Of a stretch of DNA of 64,000 bases, positions 50,010 to 59,792 are shown piece after piece. The DNA is from Gammaproteobacteria bacterium (GTDB taxonomy: Bacteria; Pseudomonadota; Gammaproteobacteria; JBCCGL01). The first letter of the stretch is position 1. Every line of letters begins with the position of its first letter. The translations under genes and the position numbers were made by a program. The notes beneath the pieces are model-generated. The model was not told the origin of the DNA, did not search any database, and worked only from the letters and a program-made list of their open reading frames with translations. The stretch spans positions 3,584,001 to 3,648,000 of the forward strand of contig OZ255836.1 in the NCBI GenBank assembly GCA_965277715.1. Direction: 5' to 3'.

Positions 50010-51761
50010 TTAGTCGGTATAGGGAAGGGTAGCGCGAAGCTGTGCTTTCAATTCATCATCGATGACACCAGAGGCAGCGCGCTCACGCAAAACAGCCTGG
50101 GCGCGGCGTTGGTTGGCCCGCGTCAGTTGTTTTATGCTCTCCAAAAATAGCTGTCGGGGCCGCTCTTCGTCGGCTGCTTCCAGCCCTGGTATTTCACTAC
50201 TGGCCAATTGGCACAAATACGGCCACTCACTCGCATCGCGAAAATGCTCCAGTAGTGCGGCAGTGCTGATGGTTGCATTACCAAGGATAATACCGATGAG
50301 CTTTTGCAGCGTAAAACCACCGCGTTGGTTTTCGTCAAAATCGTAGTGCTCCAGATCATCGTCGCTGACCACCCCCGGATGCTGTATGGCGAGTGTAATC
50401 GCAGTGCGTATGGGGCTGAGTTGCACCTGGTAGGCAGCCGGGCGGCGGGGTCGCGGCGGGCTGCTGGGCGGAGTCGCAACGGAGGTGCTGCTGAATGTGG
50501 TGCCGACATGCGCACTGAGTTGTTGATAGAGCAGTGTGCGGTATAACTCACCGGGAATGCTATCGATCAGTGGTCTGGCGGTTTCTGCCAGCCGGGCGCG
50601 CTCACCGACGGAATGGGCACCATCGCCATCGATGAGTTCACGAAACAGGAAATCGGCCACGGGGAGAGCCGTTTTTAGTAGTGCGGTAAAAGCGGGCTGG
50701 CCAATAGATTTGATCAGGCTGTCCGGGTCTTCGCCTTCGTCGAGAAACAGGAAACGTGCCTCGCGGCCATCTTGCAACGTAGGCAGGGTGGTTTTCAATG
50801 CGCGCCAGGCGGCCTGGCGACCGGCGCGGTCACCATCGAAACAAAACACCACGTCATTGACGGTGCGAAACAGGTACTCCATGTGCGTGGCGGTGGTGGC
50901 GGTGCCGAGTGTGGCGACGGCGTAGGTGATACCGTGCTGGGCGAGGCCAATAGTATCCATATAGCCCTCGACAACCAGCAGTGAATCGAGCGTGCGATGG
51001 GCCTGCCGCGCTTCAAACAGGCCGTAGAGTGCCTCGCCTTTGTGGAAGACCGGGGTTTCCGGTGAGTTGAGGTATTTGGGTTCACCGTCACCCATGACGC
51101 GGCCACCGAAGCCAATAGTGCGCCCGCGCCGGTCGCGAATGGGAAACATAATCCGGTCGCGGAAGCGGTCGTAAACGCGCCCGTTTTCGTTTTTTATCAG
51201 CATACCTGCAGTGAGCAGGTCGGTCTGTGAGCAATTGGGGAGGCTACTCTCCAGGGCGTCCCAGCGGTTGGGCGCGTAGCCGAGGCCGAAATGTCTGGCC
51301 GTTTCACCGCTGAGGCCGCGTTGCTTTAGGTAATCGATTGCTGCGGGGTGGCCTTTGAGTTGCTGTTGAAAGAAGTGCGCGCAGGCGTCGAGGGCTGTGT
51401 ACAGCGGTGATTGGTTCTGAGTTTGACCTGAACCACCTGAACCTGAATCCTGGTAGGTTTCACGCGGGACATCCAGCCCGGCCAGGCTGGCCAGTTCTTC
51501 GATGGCCTCAGGAAAACTCAGGTGTTCGTAAGCCATTAAAAAAGAGATTGCCGAGCCATTGGCGCCGCAGCCACCAAAGCAATGGTAAAACTGTTTTACC
51601 GGGTTGACGATGAAAGAAGGGGTTTTTTCGTTGTGAAAGGGGCAGCAGGCTTTGTAGTTGACCCCGGCTTTTTTCAGATCGACGCGAGCGCCGATAACAT
51701 CGGCAATCTCGGTGCGGTCGAGCAGGTTATCGATAAAGCTTTGTGGAATGCGCCCGGCCAT
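50010..51761 (-). CDS. dnaG: DNA primase
   Basis: CPFHNEKTPSF zinc finger, DRFRDRIMFPI, KYLNSPET, VEGYMD, FDGDRAG, DPD. Confidence 0.97.
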   Translation of the reverse strand: MAGRIPQSFIDNLLDRTEIADVIGARVDLKKAGVNYKACCPFHNEKTPSFIVNPVKQFYHCFGGCGANGSAISFLMAYEHLSFPEAIEELASLAGLDVPRETYQDSGSGGSGQTQNQSPLYTALDACAHFFQQQLKGHPAAIDYLKQRGLSGETARHFGLGYAPNRWDALESSLPNCSQTDLLTAGMLIKNENGRVYDRFRDRIMFPIRDRRGRTIGFGGRVMGDGEPKYLNSPETPVFHKGEALYGLFEARQAHRTLDSLLVVEGYMDTIGLAQHGITYAVATLGTATTATHMEYLFRTVNDVVFCFDGDRAGRQAAWRALKTTLPTLQDGREARFLFLDEGEDPDSLIKSIGQPAFTALLKTALPVADFLFRELIDGDGAHSVGERARLAETARPLIDSIPGELYRTLLYQQLSAHVGTTFSSTSVATPPSSPPRPRRPAAYQVQLSPIRTAITLAIQHPGVVSDDDLEHYDFDENQRGGFTLQKLIGIILGNATISTAALLEHFRDASEWPYLCQLASSEIPGLEAADEERPRQLFLESIKQLTRANQRRAQAVLRERAASGVIDDELKAQLRATLPYTD

Positions 51762-51824
51762 TTACACGCACTTTATATGCCCGAATCGATAGGTGCTCGA
51801 ATCAATACATGGCTGTGCCGATGG

Positions 51825-51854
51825 GCAGGGGCAAACCTTCGGGTTTGCCCCTGC
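51825..51854. repeat. GC-rich 13 bp hairpin with cUUCGg loop (terminator or REP-like)
   Basis: gcaggggcaaacc-ttcg-ggtttgcccctgc between gltB and dnaG. Confidence 0.75.
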
Positions 51855-51890
51855 TGTCAATGCTGGCAAGCCGCTAACGGTGGTGGTCAT

Positions 51891-54800
51891 TCAGGCCGCT
51901 TTCTTCAGGGTTGATAACAGTGATTCCAGCTCCGCCGCTTTGGGTTTAACCAGCCAGAAGCGTGAAGACATGCCATAAAAATCGTCGAGGATTTCTTCAC
52001 CCCAAGCGCTACCCGTCTCACTGACGTGCTCTTGCAGGGCGTCGTACAGGAAGCGTTTATAGGCTTCAAGTGGTTCTGAAAACAGGCGATGAATATCGAT
52101 GAGTTCGTGGTTGTAGCGGTCGACAAAGACATTGTGCCTGTCCAGTACCAGTGCGAAGCCGCCGGTCATGCCCGCGCCGAAGTTGCCGCCGGTTTCGCCG
52201 AGTACGACCATAGAACCACCGGTCATGTACTCTGCCCCGTGGTCACCGACACCTTCCACCACCGCCTGTGCGCCGGAGTTGCGCACACCAAAGCGCTCGC
52301 CTGCCTGGCCCTCGGCAAAGAGTTTGCCGCCAGTCGCACCATACAGGCAGGTATTGCCCATGATGCTGCTGTCACGCGGTTTATAGCGAATGCCGGTGGG
52401 GGTGCGCAACACCAGTTTGCCACCGGCCATACCCTTGCCCACGTAGTCATTGGCGTCGCCGTGCAGGGTCATATGCAGGCCATCCGCGTTCCACACGCCA
52501 AAGCTCTGGCCAACGGTGCCTTGCAGGTTGAGGGTGATAGGGGTATCGGCCATACCTGTGTCGCCGTGTTGGCGGGCGATTTCACCCGATAATCGCGCCC
52601 CGACCGAACGGTCGGTATTGCGCACAGTAAAATCGAAATGACCGCCGGTCTTGTTGGCAATGGCATCACGGCAGGCAACCAGCATGGTTTCGGCCAGTTT
52701 GCCTTTGTCGAATGGTTGGTTGCGCGTAACGGTACAGTGGCGCGGTACATCGGCGGGGACGCCTGCGTCTGAAACGATAGGGGTGAGGTCCAGGCCGTGT
52801 TGCTTATCGGTTTCACCATCGAGTTGGGTGAGCAGGTCGGTGCGGCCGATCAGTGCGTCTATTGAGGGGACACCCAGCCGTGCCATGTGTTGGCGGGTGT
52901 CTTCAGCCACAAAACGAAAGTAGCGCATGACTTTTTCAACGCTGCCACTGAAGTGGCGCATACGCAGTACCTTGTGTTGGGTGGCGACGCCTGTGGCGCA
53001 GTTGTTGAGGTGGCAGATACGCAGGTATTTGCAGCCCATGGCAATCATTGGGCCTGTGCCGAAACCAAAACTCTCCGCACCGAGAATGGCCGCTTTGATG
53101 ACATCCAGCCCGGTTTTCAGGCCGCCATCGGTCTGTACCCGCACTTTATCGCGCAGTTTGTTGGCGCGCAGCACCTGGTGGGTTTCAGAGAGGCCCAGCT
53201 CCCAGGGGCAACCGGCGTATTTGACCGAGCTGAGGGGGCTGGCACCGGTGCCGCCATCGTAGCCGGAGATGGTGATCAGATCGGCGTAGGCTTTGGCAAC
53301 CCCGGCGGCGACGGTGCCAACGCCGGGCGCAGCAACCAGCTTTACCGAGATCAAGGCGTCGGGGTTGACTTGCTTCAGGTCGAAGATCAGTTGCGCGAGG
53401 TCTTCGATTGAGTAGATGTCGTGGTGTGGTGGCGGGGAGATCAAGGCGACACCGGGCAGTGAATGGCGCAACCGGGCGATGGTTTTGTCAACTTTGTGAC
53501 CGGGTAGCTGGCCGCCCTCACCGGGCTTGGCGCCTTGGGCAATTTTGATTTGCAGCACTTCGGCGTTGACCAGGTAGTGTGGAGTGACGCCAAAACGACC
53601 GGAGGCGATCTGCTTGATCTTCGACATTTTGAAGTTGCCGTAGCGCGCTTTATCTTCGCCACCCTCGCCGGAGTTGGAACGCCCACCGAGGCGGTTCATG
53701 GCCTCGGCCAGGGTTTCATGGGCCTCGGGTGACAGGGCGCCGAGCGACATACCCGCTGAATCAAAACGCCGGTAGAGCGATTCGATGGGTTCGACGTCAT
53801 CCAGCGGGATTGGTGTGGTGTCTTCGCGCAGTGCCAGTAGGTCACGGATTTGCGCAACCGGGCGCTGGTCAACCAAATCGGCGTAAGCTTTGTAGTCGTG
53901 CCAGTCGCCGTGGTTAACGGCCTGTTGCAGTGACTGCACCACATCGGGGTTGTAAGCGTGGTACTCGCCTTTGTGCATGTATTTCAGCAGGCCGCCCTGG
54001 CTGATCTGTTTGCGTGGGTTCCACGCCTGTTTATCGGCGTGTTGTAGTTCAGCTTCGATATCGCCAAACCCCGCGCCCTGGATGCGGCTGGTTGTGCCCT
54101 TGAAGCACAGATCGACAATTGTGCGGTTGAGGCCGACGATTTCGAACAATTGCGCGCCACGGTAGCTGGTGATAGAGGAGATACCCATTTTTGAGATGAT
54201 TTTTAACAGGCTTTTGTTTAGGCCGGTGCGGTACATCTGCTCAAGTGCGGGTATATCATCACTTTCAAGCTCGCCGCGCCTGGACATGCCCTGTATGGAT
54301 TCGTACGCCAGGTAGGGGTAGATGCAGGTGGCGCCGTAGCCAACCAATACGGCGATATGGTGGGGGTCGCGGGCGCTGCCGGTCTCGACCATGATATTGC
54401 TGCGGCAGCGTAAACCCTCGTCGATCAGCCGGTGGTGAATAGCGCCAGTGGCCATCAGGGCGGGTACCGGCAACATGCCCTGGCGCAGCTCGCGATCCGA
54501 GATAACAATGATTACCGCACCGTCTCGCACTGCACGCACGGCCTGGTTGGTGATGGCGATAACCGCTTTTTCCAGGCTGAGGGTTGTGGGGTCATAATTT
54601 AGTTCGATACGCTCGTGGGCGTAGTCCGGGTCTGAGTAGGCCAGCAGGGTGTCGAATTTTTCCCGCGATAGTACCGGAGAGCGCACCAATAACCGTTTGG
54701 CATATTCGGGCTGTTCGTCAAATAGATTGTGCTCGCGGCCAATGCAGGTCTCCAGCGACATCACCACTGCCTCGCGCAGGGGATCGATGGGGGGGTTGGT

Positions 54801-56375
54801 GACTTGGGCAAACTGCTGGCGGAAGTAGTCGAACAGCGAGCGTTGCTGGCGGGACAACACCGGGAACGGGCTGTCATCGCCCATCGAGCCGACAGCTTCC
54901 TGTCCCTGCTCGCAGAGGACGCGCAGTATCTGGTCACACTCTTCAAAGGTGACGCCGAACATTTTTTCAAAAACGGCCAGGGTGGCGTTGTCCATTGCCG
55001 GTTGGGTTTGTTCTATATCGCGCAACCGTGATCGCAGGTGTACTGAGTAGCGCGACATCCACTTGGCGTAGGGCTGGCGGGTTTTGAGGATATTGTTAAT
55101 CTCACGTGGCAGAATCAGCGCACCCGTGGCGGTGTCGACGGCCAGCATTTCACCGGGGCGCAAGCGCCCTTTGGACACTACCTCATCGGAGGTGTAATCG
55201 TGTACACCGACTTCGGATGCCAGGGTGATATGCCGGTCGCGGGTGATCACGTAGCGCGCCGGGCGCAGGCCGTTGCGGTCCAGCGCGCAGCAGGCGTAGC
55301 GGCCATCGGTAAACACCAGTCCGGCGGGACCGTCCCAGGGTTCCATGTGCATAGAGTTGTATTCGAGAAATGCCCGCAGTTCGTAGTCCATTTGGTCGAC
55401 GTGTTGCCAGGCGGGCGGCACCAGCAGCTTGCTGGCGCGAAACAGTTCCATGCCACCAGACAGTAAGACTTCGAGCATATTGTCGAGCGAGCTGGAGTCA
55501 GAGCCCTGCATCGAAACAATGGGGTGCAGGGTGTTAAGCTCAGGTAGAACCGCTGAGTGGAAGCGGTGCGCCCGCGCTCGCGCCCAGTTGCGATTGCCCT
55601 GGATGGTGTTGATTTCTCCGTTGTGAGCGAGGTAGCGAAACGGTTGTGCCAGTTTCCACTGGGGCAGCGTGTTGGTGGAAAAACGCTGATGAAACACGGC
55701 GATAGAGGAAGCCATATCCGGGTCGTTGAGGTCGGGGAAGAACACCGGCAGTTGCGCGGGCATGATAAGCCCTTTGTACAGAATCACTTCGCAGGCGAGT
55801 GTGCAGATGTAGAAATCACTATCATCCGGGGCGCTTGCGTCGAGCATCAACTCTGCTTTGCGACGCGCTACAAACAGGTGGCGGTTAAATTCGGCGCGTT
55901 TCATGGTGCTGGGTGCGTTGACAAAAATCTGTTCAATAAGCGGTAGGGATTCCAGTGCCTCTGCGCCACAGGCTTGTGGGTTAACCGGTACTGTGCGCCA
56001 GCCGACAACCTGCAGACCACGGGCTTCGATTTGTGCATTCAGTGTGGTGCGTGCATGTTCGGCTTTGTCTGAGTCACGATTTAAAAAAATATTGCCGACA
56101 GCGAATTGCTCCGCTAAGGGGAAATTGCAGGCACGCGCTACTTTTTGCAGAAAGGCTTTGGGTTTACGCAGTAGCAGGCCGCAACCGTCGCCGGTTTTTC
56201 CGTCTGCCGCTACGGCACCACGATGGGTTAGGCGCACCAGTGATTTGATAGCGGTTTGGACCAACTGGTGGCTGTGCTCGCCGTCAATGTGGGCAATCAG
56301 GCCAAAACCGCAGTTGTCGTGTTCGAATGAAGGTTGGTAAAGTCCGTACGCGGCAGCGCGTTCGAGTCGGTTCAT
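51891..56375 (-). CDS. gltB: Glutamate synthase large subunit
   Basis: [66 protein letters not shown]. Confidence 0.98.
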   Translation of the reverse strand: MNRLERAAAYGLYQPSFEHDNCGFGLIAHIDGEHSHQLVQTAIKSLVRLTHRGAVAADGKTGDGCGLLLRKPKAFLQKVARACNFPLAEQFAVGNIFLNRDSDKAEHARTTLNAQIEARGLQVVGWRTVPVNPQACGAEALESLPLIEQIFVNAPSTMKRAEFNRHLFVARRKAELMLDASAPDDSDFYICTLACEVILYKGLIMPAQLPVFFPDLNDPDMASSIAVFHQRFSTNTLPQWKLAQPFRYLAHNGEINTIQGNRNWARARAHRFHSAVLPELNTLHPIVSMQGSDSSSLDNMLEVLLSGGMELFRASKLLVPPAWQHVDQMDYELRAFLEYNSMHMEPWDGPAGLVFTDGRYACCALDRNGLRPARYVITRDRHITLASEVGVHDYTSDEVVSKGRLRPGEMLAVDTATGALILPREINNILKTRQPYAKWMSRYSVHLRSRLRDIEQTQPAMDNATLAVFEKMFGVTFEECDQILRVLCEQGQEAVGSMGDDSPFPVLSRQQRSLFDYFRQQFAQVTNPPIDPLREAVVMSLETCIGREHNLFDEQPEYAKRLLVRSPVLSREKFDTLLAYSDPDYAHERIELNYDPTTLSLEKAVIAITNQAVRAVRDGAVIIVISDRELRQGMLPVPALMATGAIHHRLIDEGLRCRSNIMVETGSARDPHHIAVLVGYGATCIYPYLAYESIQGMSRRGELESDDIPALEQMYRTGLNKSLLKIISKMGISSITSYRGAQLFEIVGLNRTIVDLCFKGTTSRIQGAGFGDIEAELQHADKQAWNPRKQISQGGLLKYMHKGEYHAYNPDVVQSLQQAVNHGDWHDYKAYADLVDQRPVAQIRDLLALREDTTPIPLDDVEPIESLYRRFDSAGMSLGALSPEAHETLAEAMNRLGGRSNSGEGGEDKARYGNFKMSKIKQIASGRFGVTPHYLVNAEVLQIKIAQGAKPGEGGQLPGHKVDKTIARLRHSLPGVALISPPPHHDIYSIEDLAQLIFDLKQVNPDALISVKLVAAPGVGTVAAGVAKAYADLITISGYDGGTGASPLSSVKYAGCPWELGLSETHQVLRANKLRDKVRVQTDGGLKTGLDVIKAAILGAESFGFGTGPMIAMGCKYLRICHLNNCATGVATQHKVLRMRHFSGSVEKVMRYFRFVAEDTRQHMARLGVPSIDALIGRTDLLTQLDGETDKQHGLDLTPIVSDAGVPADVPRHCTVTRNQPFDKGKLAETMLVACRDAIANKTGGHFDFTVRNTDRSVGARLSGEIARQHGDTGMADTPITLNLQGTVGQSFGVWNADGLHMTLHGDANDYVGKGMAGGKLVLRTPTGIRYKPRDSSIMGNTCLYGATGGKLFAEGQAGERFGVRNSGAQAVVEGVGDHGAEYMTGGSMVVLGETGGNFGAGMTGGFALVLDRHNVFVDRYNHELIDIHRLFSEPLEAYKRFLYDALQEHVSETGSAWGEEILDDFYGMSSRFWLVKPKAAELESLLSTLKKAA

Positions 56376-56483
56376 GCTAAGTCTCTATTGGAATCGGTTC
56401 GAACCCGCCGAAGGCGGCCAGGTATTATAGCGTTTTGCGTTGGGTAGTGCTATTGAGCTGTTGAATGGAATGGCTGTCGGTAT

Positions 56484-58001
56484 TTATGGCAGGTGTTTTA
56501 CAATCTCCTGCTGAACCGATTCTATCGAGCGAACCCACGGTGTATTGTGCCGCAGCTCGTTGGGCAATTTTGCAATGGCGGCTCGGGCAGCCCCAGCGCT
56601 GGTGTAGATACCATAGGTCAATACATGCCAGCGCCGTGTGTTTCGGCTGGTTTCAAACAGGGCCGTTTGTGATTCGATGCTGTTGTTGCGGATGTGTTCT
56701 GATAAATCATTGCCGTCGTAGGAGGCCATTAACTGGATTGTGTAGTTCGCCGGTTTTTGCTTGAGTAGCCATTGCGCTGACTGGCTAGGCTGGCGTTGTG
56801 CCGGGCGTTTTTTTACCGGTGGTGTGCTCTGTGTGCTGGGTTGTGTGTCTTCTATGGTATGTTCTTTTACCTGCTTTGGAGGGAGTAGTATTATTTTCTG
56901 TACTGGGGCGGGGGGTGTCACCTCATGCAAGCTGGTGAAGGTGTTGGCAGTTGATGTGTCGGTCTCGCTACGTTGCGTTACTGCCGGTGTTTCGGTCGAT
57001 GCTTGGCTATCCGGCAAGGGTGCATTAATGGCATCGGTGTCTGTTTGGGTTGTTGTTACCGGGGTAGGCATTGCCTGCCCGGACTGAGCAGTTTCACCCC
57101 CTTCATCAGGTTCCTCAACCACGACAAACAGTAATAGGGCTATGGCAATAATACTGGTGGCTGCAGTGGCTATCAGACGTAACGGTAATGCCTGCAAAAA
57201 GGCGCCAATAGAGTGTGGCTTTGTCTGTTGGTTGAGCATGCTGGCCGCCACTGTGTCCAGTTGCTGGGGAATGCCGTCGGTATTGTCGTACAAATTGCGC
57301 AGTTGTTTATCATTAAAAGGCAGGTCGCCGATAAAACCGGCCTGTTGTAGGCGGTATTCAAGGTATTCGCGGGTGCGCTGGCGATCCAGGGCGCGCACGC
57401 TGGAGATAAACACTTTACCTGCGCGCAACTGGGCCGATGTGAGCTTGGGCAGTATAGATTCGATCACAGGGTCTGCTACCAGCAGTATACGTAATTCACC
57501 ATCAAGCACTTCGTTGATGTGGTCGGTGTACGCCAGTAGTTGGTTGAGTGTGCCCACTGAGATAGCGTGGGCATTCTCAACAATCAATACACTGGAGCAG
57601 TTTTTTTCCAGGCGTATTTTTAGATGATCAATAAGTAATTCAAGACAGGTTTGCGTTGCATCGGGAATCGGGAGCTGGAATATTTTTAACATGCCGAGGA
57701 GAATTTGTGGTGCTGTCAGCGTCGCTTTACCCCGGACGATAAAAATCTGCAGCTCATCATTTGCCCTGCTCAGCATCTGGATAACCAGTGCGGTTTTGCC
57801 GCTGCCAGCATCTCCCTTGAGTATTTGCAGCATATCGCTGAATCTCAGGTTGTGTTGCAGCATATTAAGCTGCATTTTCATCACTGCATCACTGAAGTAC
57901 TCCTGTCCATCTGGCTGCTCACAAAACGGTTGTGTGTGCAGGCCCAAGGCCTGCATTGCCCGCTCGCTGAGTACCGACTGATTATCCAGGTGTGGATTCA
58001 T
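56484..58001 (-). CDS. AAA (ExeA-like) plus SPOR domain protein, DamX-like
   Basis: Walker A GDAGSGKT, TM segment, low-complexity linker, SPOR YTIQLMA...PWVRSIESVQ; downstream of aroB. Confidence 0.82.
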   Translation of the reverse strand: MNPHLDNQSVLSERAMQALGLHTQPFCEQPDGQEYFSDAVMKMQLNMLQHNLRFSDMLQILKGDAGSGKTALVIQMLSRANDELQIFIVRGKATLTAPQILLGMLKIFQLPIPDATQTCLELLIDHLKIRLEKNCSSVLIVENAHAISVGTLNQLLAYTDHINEVLDGELRILLVADPVIESILPKLTSAQLRAGKVFISSVRALDRQRTREYLEYRLQQAGFIGDLPFNDKQLRNLYDNTDGIPQQLDTVAASMLNQQTKPHSIGAFLQALPLRLIATAATSIIAIALLLFVVVEEPDEGGETAQSGQAMPTPVTTTQTDTDAINAPLPDSQASTETPAVTQRSETDTSTANTFTSLHEVTPPAPVQKIILLPPKQVKEHTIEDTQPSTQSTPPVKKRPAQRQPSQSAQWLLKQKPANYTIQLMASYDGNDLSEHIRNNSIESQTALFETSRNTRRWHVLTYGIYTSAGAARAAIAKLPNELRHNTPWVRSIESVQQEIVKHLP

Positions 58002-58004
58002 TAC

Positions 58005-59093
58005 TTAGCTATAGTATGCCGACAGGGTTTTTTGAAGGTCTTCACGGGAATAATCGCTGGTGACAATGGCCTGGCCAATGCCTTTTAACAGTACCAGATT
58101 GAGCACGCCGTTCCGCACTTTCTTATCGACCGACATTAAATCGATGAATTGCTGTGGGTTCATATCGGCTGGTGGGTCGACGGGTAATTTCACTGCGACC
58201 AATAACTGGCGCAGGCGTTGTGTCTGTTGCGCTTCGATCCAGCCGAGGTTTTGGGATAGCTGCGCGGCCATGCACATGCCGGTAGCAACCGCTTCGCCGT
58301 GGAGCCAGTTACCGTAACCGCTGGCGGTTTCGATGGCGTGACCAAAAGTGTGGCCGAGGTTTAGCAGTGCCCGCTTGCCCTGCTCGCGCTCGTCCTCCGC
58401 TACAATGCGCGCTTTGTGGGTGCAGGACTGTTCGATAGCATGGGTGAGCGCACCGGGTTCGCGTGCCAATAACGCAGCGGTATTGGCTTCGATCCAGGTA
58501 AAAAAGCCGGGGCTGTCGATGACCCCGTATTTGATCACTTCTGCCAGTCCGGCGCTTAGCTGGTTGTTGTTGAGTGTTGAGAGTGTATCGGTGTCGGCAA
58601 TGACACAGCGCGGTTGATGAAATGCCCCGATCATATTTTTACCCAAGGCATGGTTGACACCGGTTTTTCCACCGACGGATGAATCCACTTGCGCCAGCAG
58701 GGTTGTCGGTATCTGAATAAAATCGACACCACGCTGATAGCTGGCGGCGGCAAAGCCAACCAAATCACCGATAACACCACCACCCAATGCGATCAGTGTG
58801 CAGTGCCTGTCAAAACGCTGTTGTAACAGGTGTTGGTAGATCTGGTTGAGGGTGTCCAGCGTTTTGTATTGCTCGCCATCAGGCAGGATCAGTGTATCGG
58901 TTTCAAACTGGGCGACTGATTGCAGGGCGTGCTTGAGATACAGCGGTGCAACCGTTTCATTGCTGATGACCATGACTTTTTGCCCGCGTATGTGCTGGCT
59001 GATCAACGCGGGGTCTTGTAGCAGTTTAGGGCCGATGTATATGGGGTAGCCACGGGTGCCGAGGTCTACCTGAAGTCGAGTGGTTGCGCTCAT
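58005..59093 (-). CDS. aroB: 3-dehydroquinate synthase
   Basis: LGGGVIGD, PTTLLAQVDSSVGGKTGVN, LNLGHTFGHAIE, LHGEAV. Confidence 0.97.
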   Translation of the reverse strand: MSATTRLQVDLGTRGYPIYIGPKLLQDPALISQHIRGQKVMVISNETVAPLYLKHALQSVAQFETDTLILPDGEQYKTLDTLNQIYQHLLQQRFDRHCTLIALGGGVIGDLVGFAAASYQRGVDFIQIPTTLLAQVDSSVGGKTGVNHALGKNMIGAFHQPRCVIADTDTLSTLNNNQLSAGLAEVIKYGVIDSPGFFTWIEANTAALLAREPGALTHAIEQSCTHKARIVAEDEREQGKRALLNLGHTFGHAIETASGYGNWLHGEAVATGMCMAAQLSQNLGWIEAQQTQRLRQLLVAVKLPVDPPADMNPQQFIDLMSVDKKVRNGVLNLVLLKGIGQAIVTSDYSREDLQKTLSAYYS

Positions 59094-59614
59094 GGGGATT
59101 CGTCTTTGTATTTTTGTAAATAGCGGCAGATTTTTTCGATGACGTTTTTCATATTGCGATTATTTGAATTAATTTCAAGGTTCGCCAGTGAGCGGTAAAT
59201 AGGCATACGTTCTTCGCGTAGTTTCTCCAGTATTGCGCGTGGATCTTGTGTTTGCAGCAGCGGGCGGGTTTTGTCCTGACGGGTTCTCGCCAGTTGTTCA
59301 TCTACTGATATGTTGAGCAGAATGACGTGTCCGCGTGTTTGTAGATACTCTCTGTTTACCGGGGCGAGTACCCCACCACCGCCGGTGGCTAAGACGATAT
59401 TATGTTTACGCGTGAGCGCGTCGATAATACTGGTTTCACGGGTGCGAAACCCCTGTTCTCCCTCGTATTCAAAAATGGTGCGGATATCCACCCCTGTACG
59501 GTGCTCAATTTCTTTGTCACTATCGAAAAATTCCCTTTGCAGTTTACGCGCCAACTGACGACCCACCGTCGTTTTTCCTGCACCCATCGGCCCAATTAGA
59601 AAGATATTGTTCAT
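59090..59614 (-). CDS. aroK: Shikimate kinase
   Basis: GPMGAGKTTVG, GEQGFR, ATGGG, RPLL. Confidence 0.96.
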   Translation of the reverse strand: MNNIFLIGPMGAGKTTVGRQLARKLQREFFDSDKEIEHRTGVDIRTIFEYEGEQGFRTRETSIIDALTRKHNIVLATGGGGVLAPVNREYLQTRGHVILLNISVDEQLARTRQDKTRPLLQTQDPRAILEKLREERMPIYRSLANLEINSNNRNMKNVIEKICRYLQKYKDESP

Positions 59615-59792
59615 AGTTTAGGAGGTTTTTGCCATTAGCTGCACTTTACCCTAAATTAATAGGGTAGCGAATGGTATTGCGGTACATCTCGATACGCGAT
59701 TCCCTGTCGATATCCTTCGAGCGCTTAAATCCGACAACTTCAGGCGGTAACTGCGCGATAGCTGTCGTATCCCCTAAACAGCCGTGAGCCGC

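Noticed and set aside
51905-56340. Many antisense and alternate-frame ORFs inside gltB and other GC-rich genes
   Set aside because: Typical shadow ORFs caused by codon bias; no independent motifs.
56395-56420. ggttcgaacc resembling a tRNA T-arm upstream of gltB
   Set aside because: No cloverleaf could be built around it.
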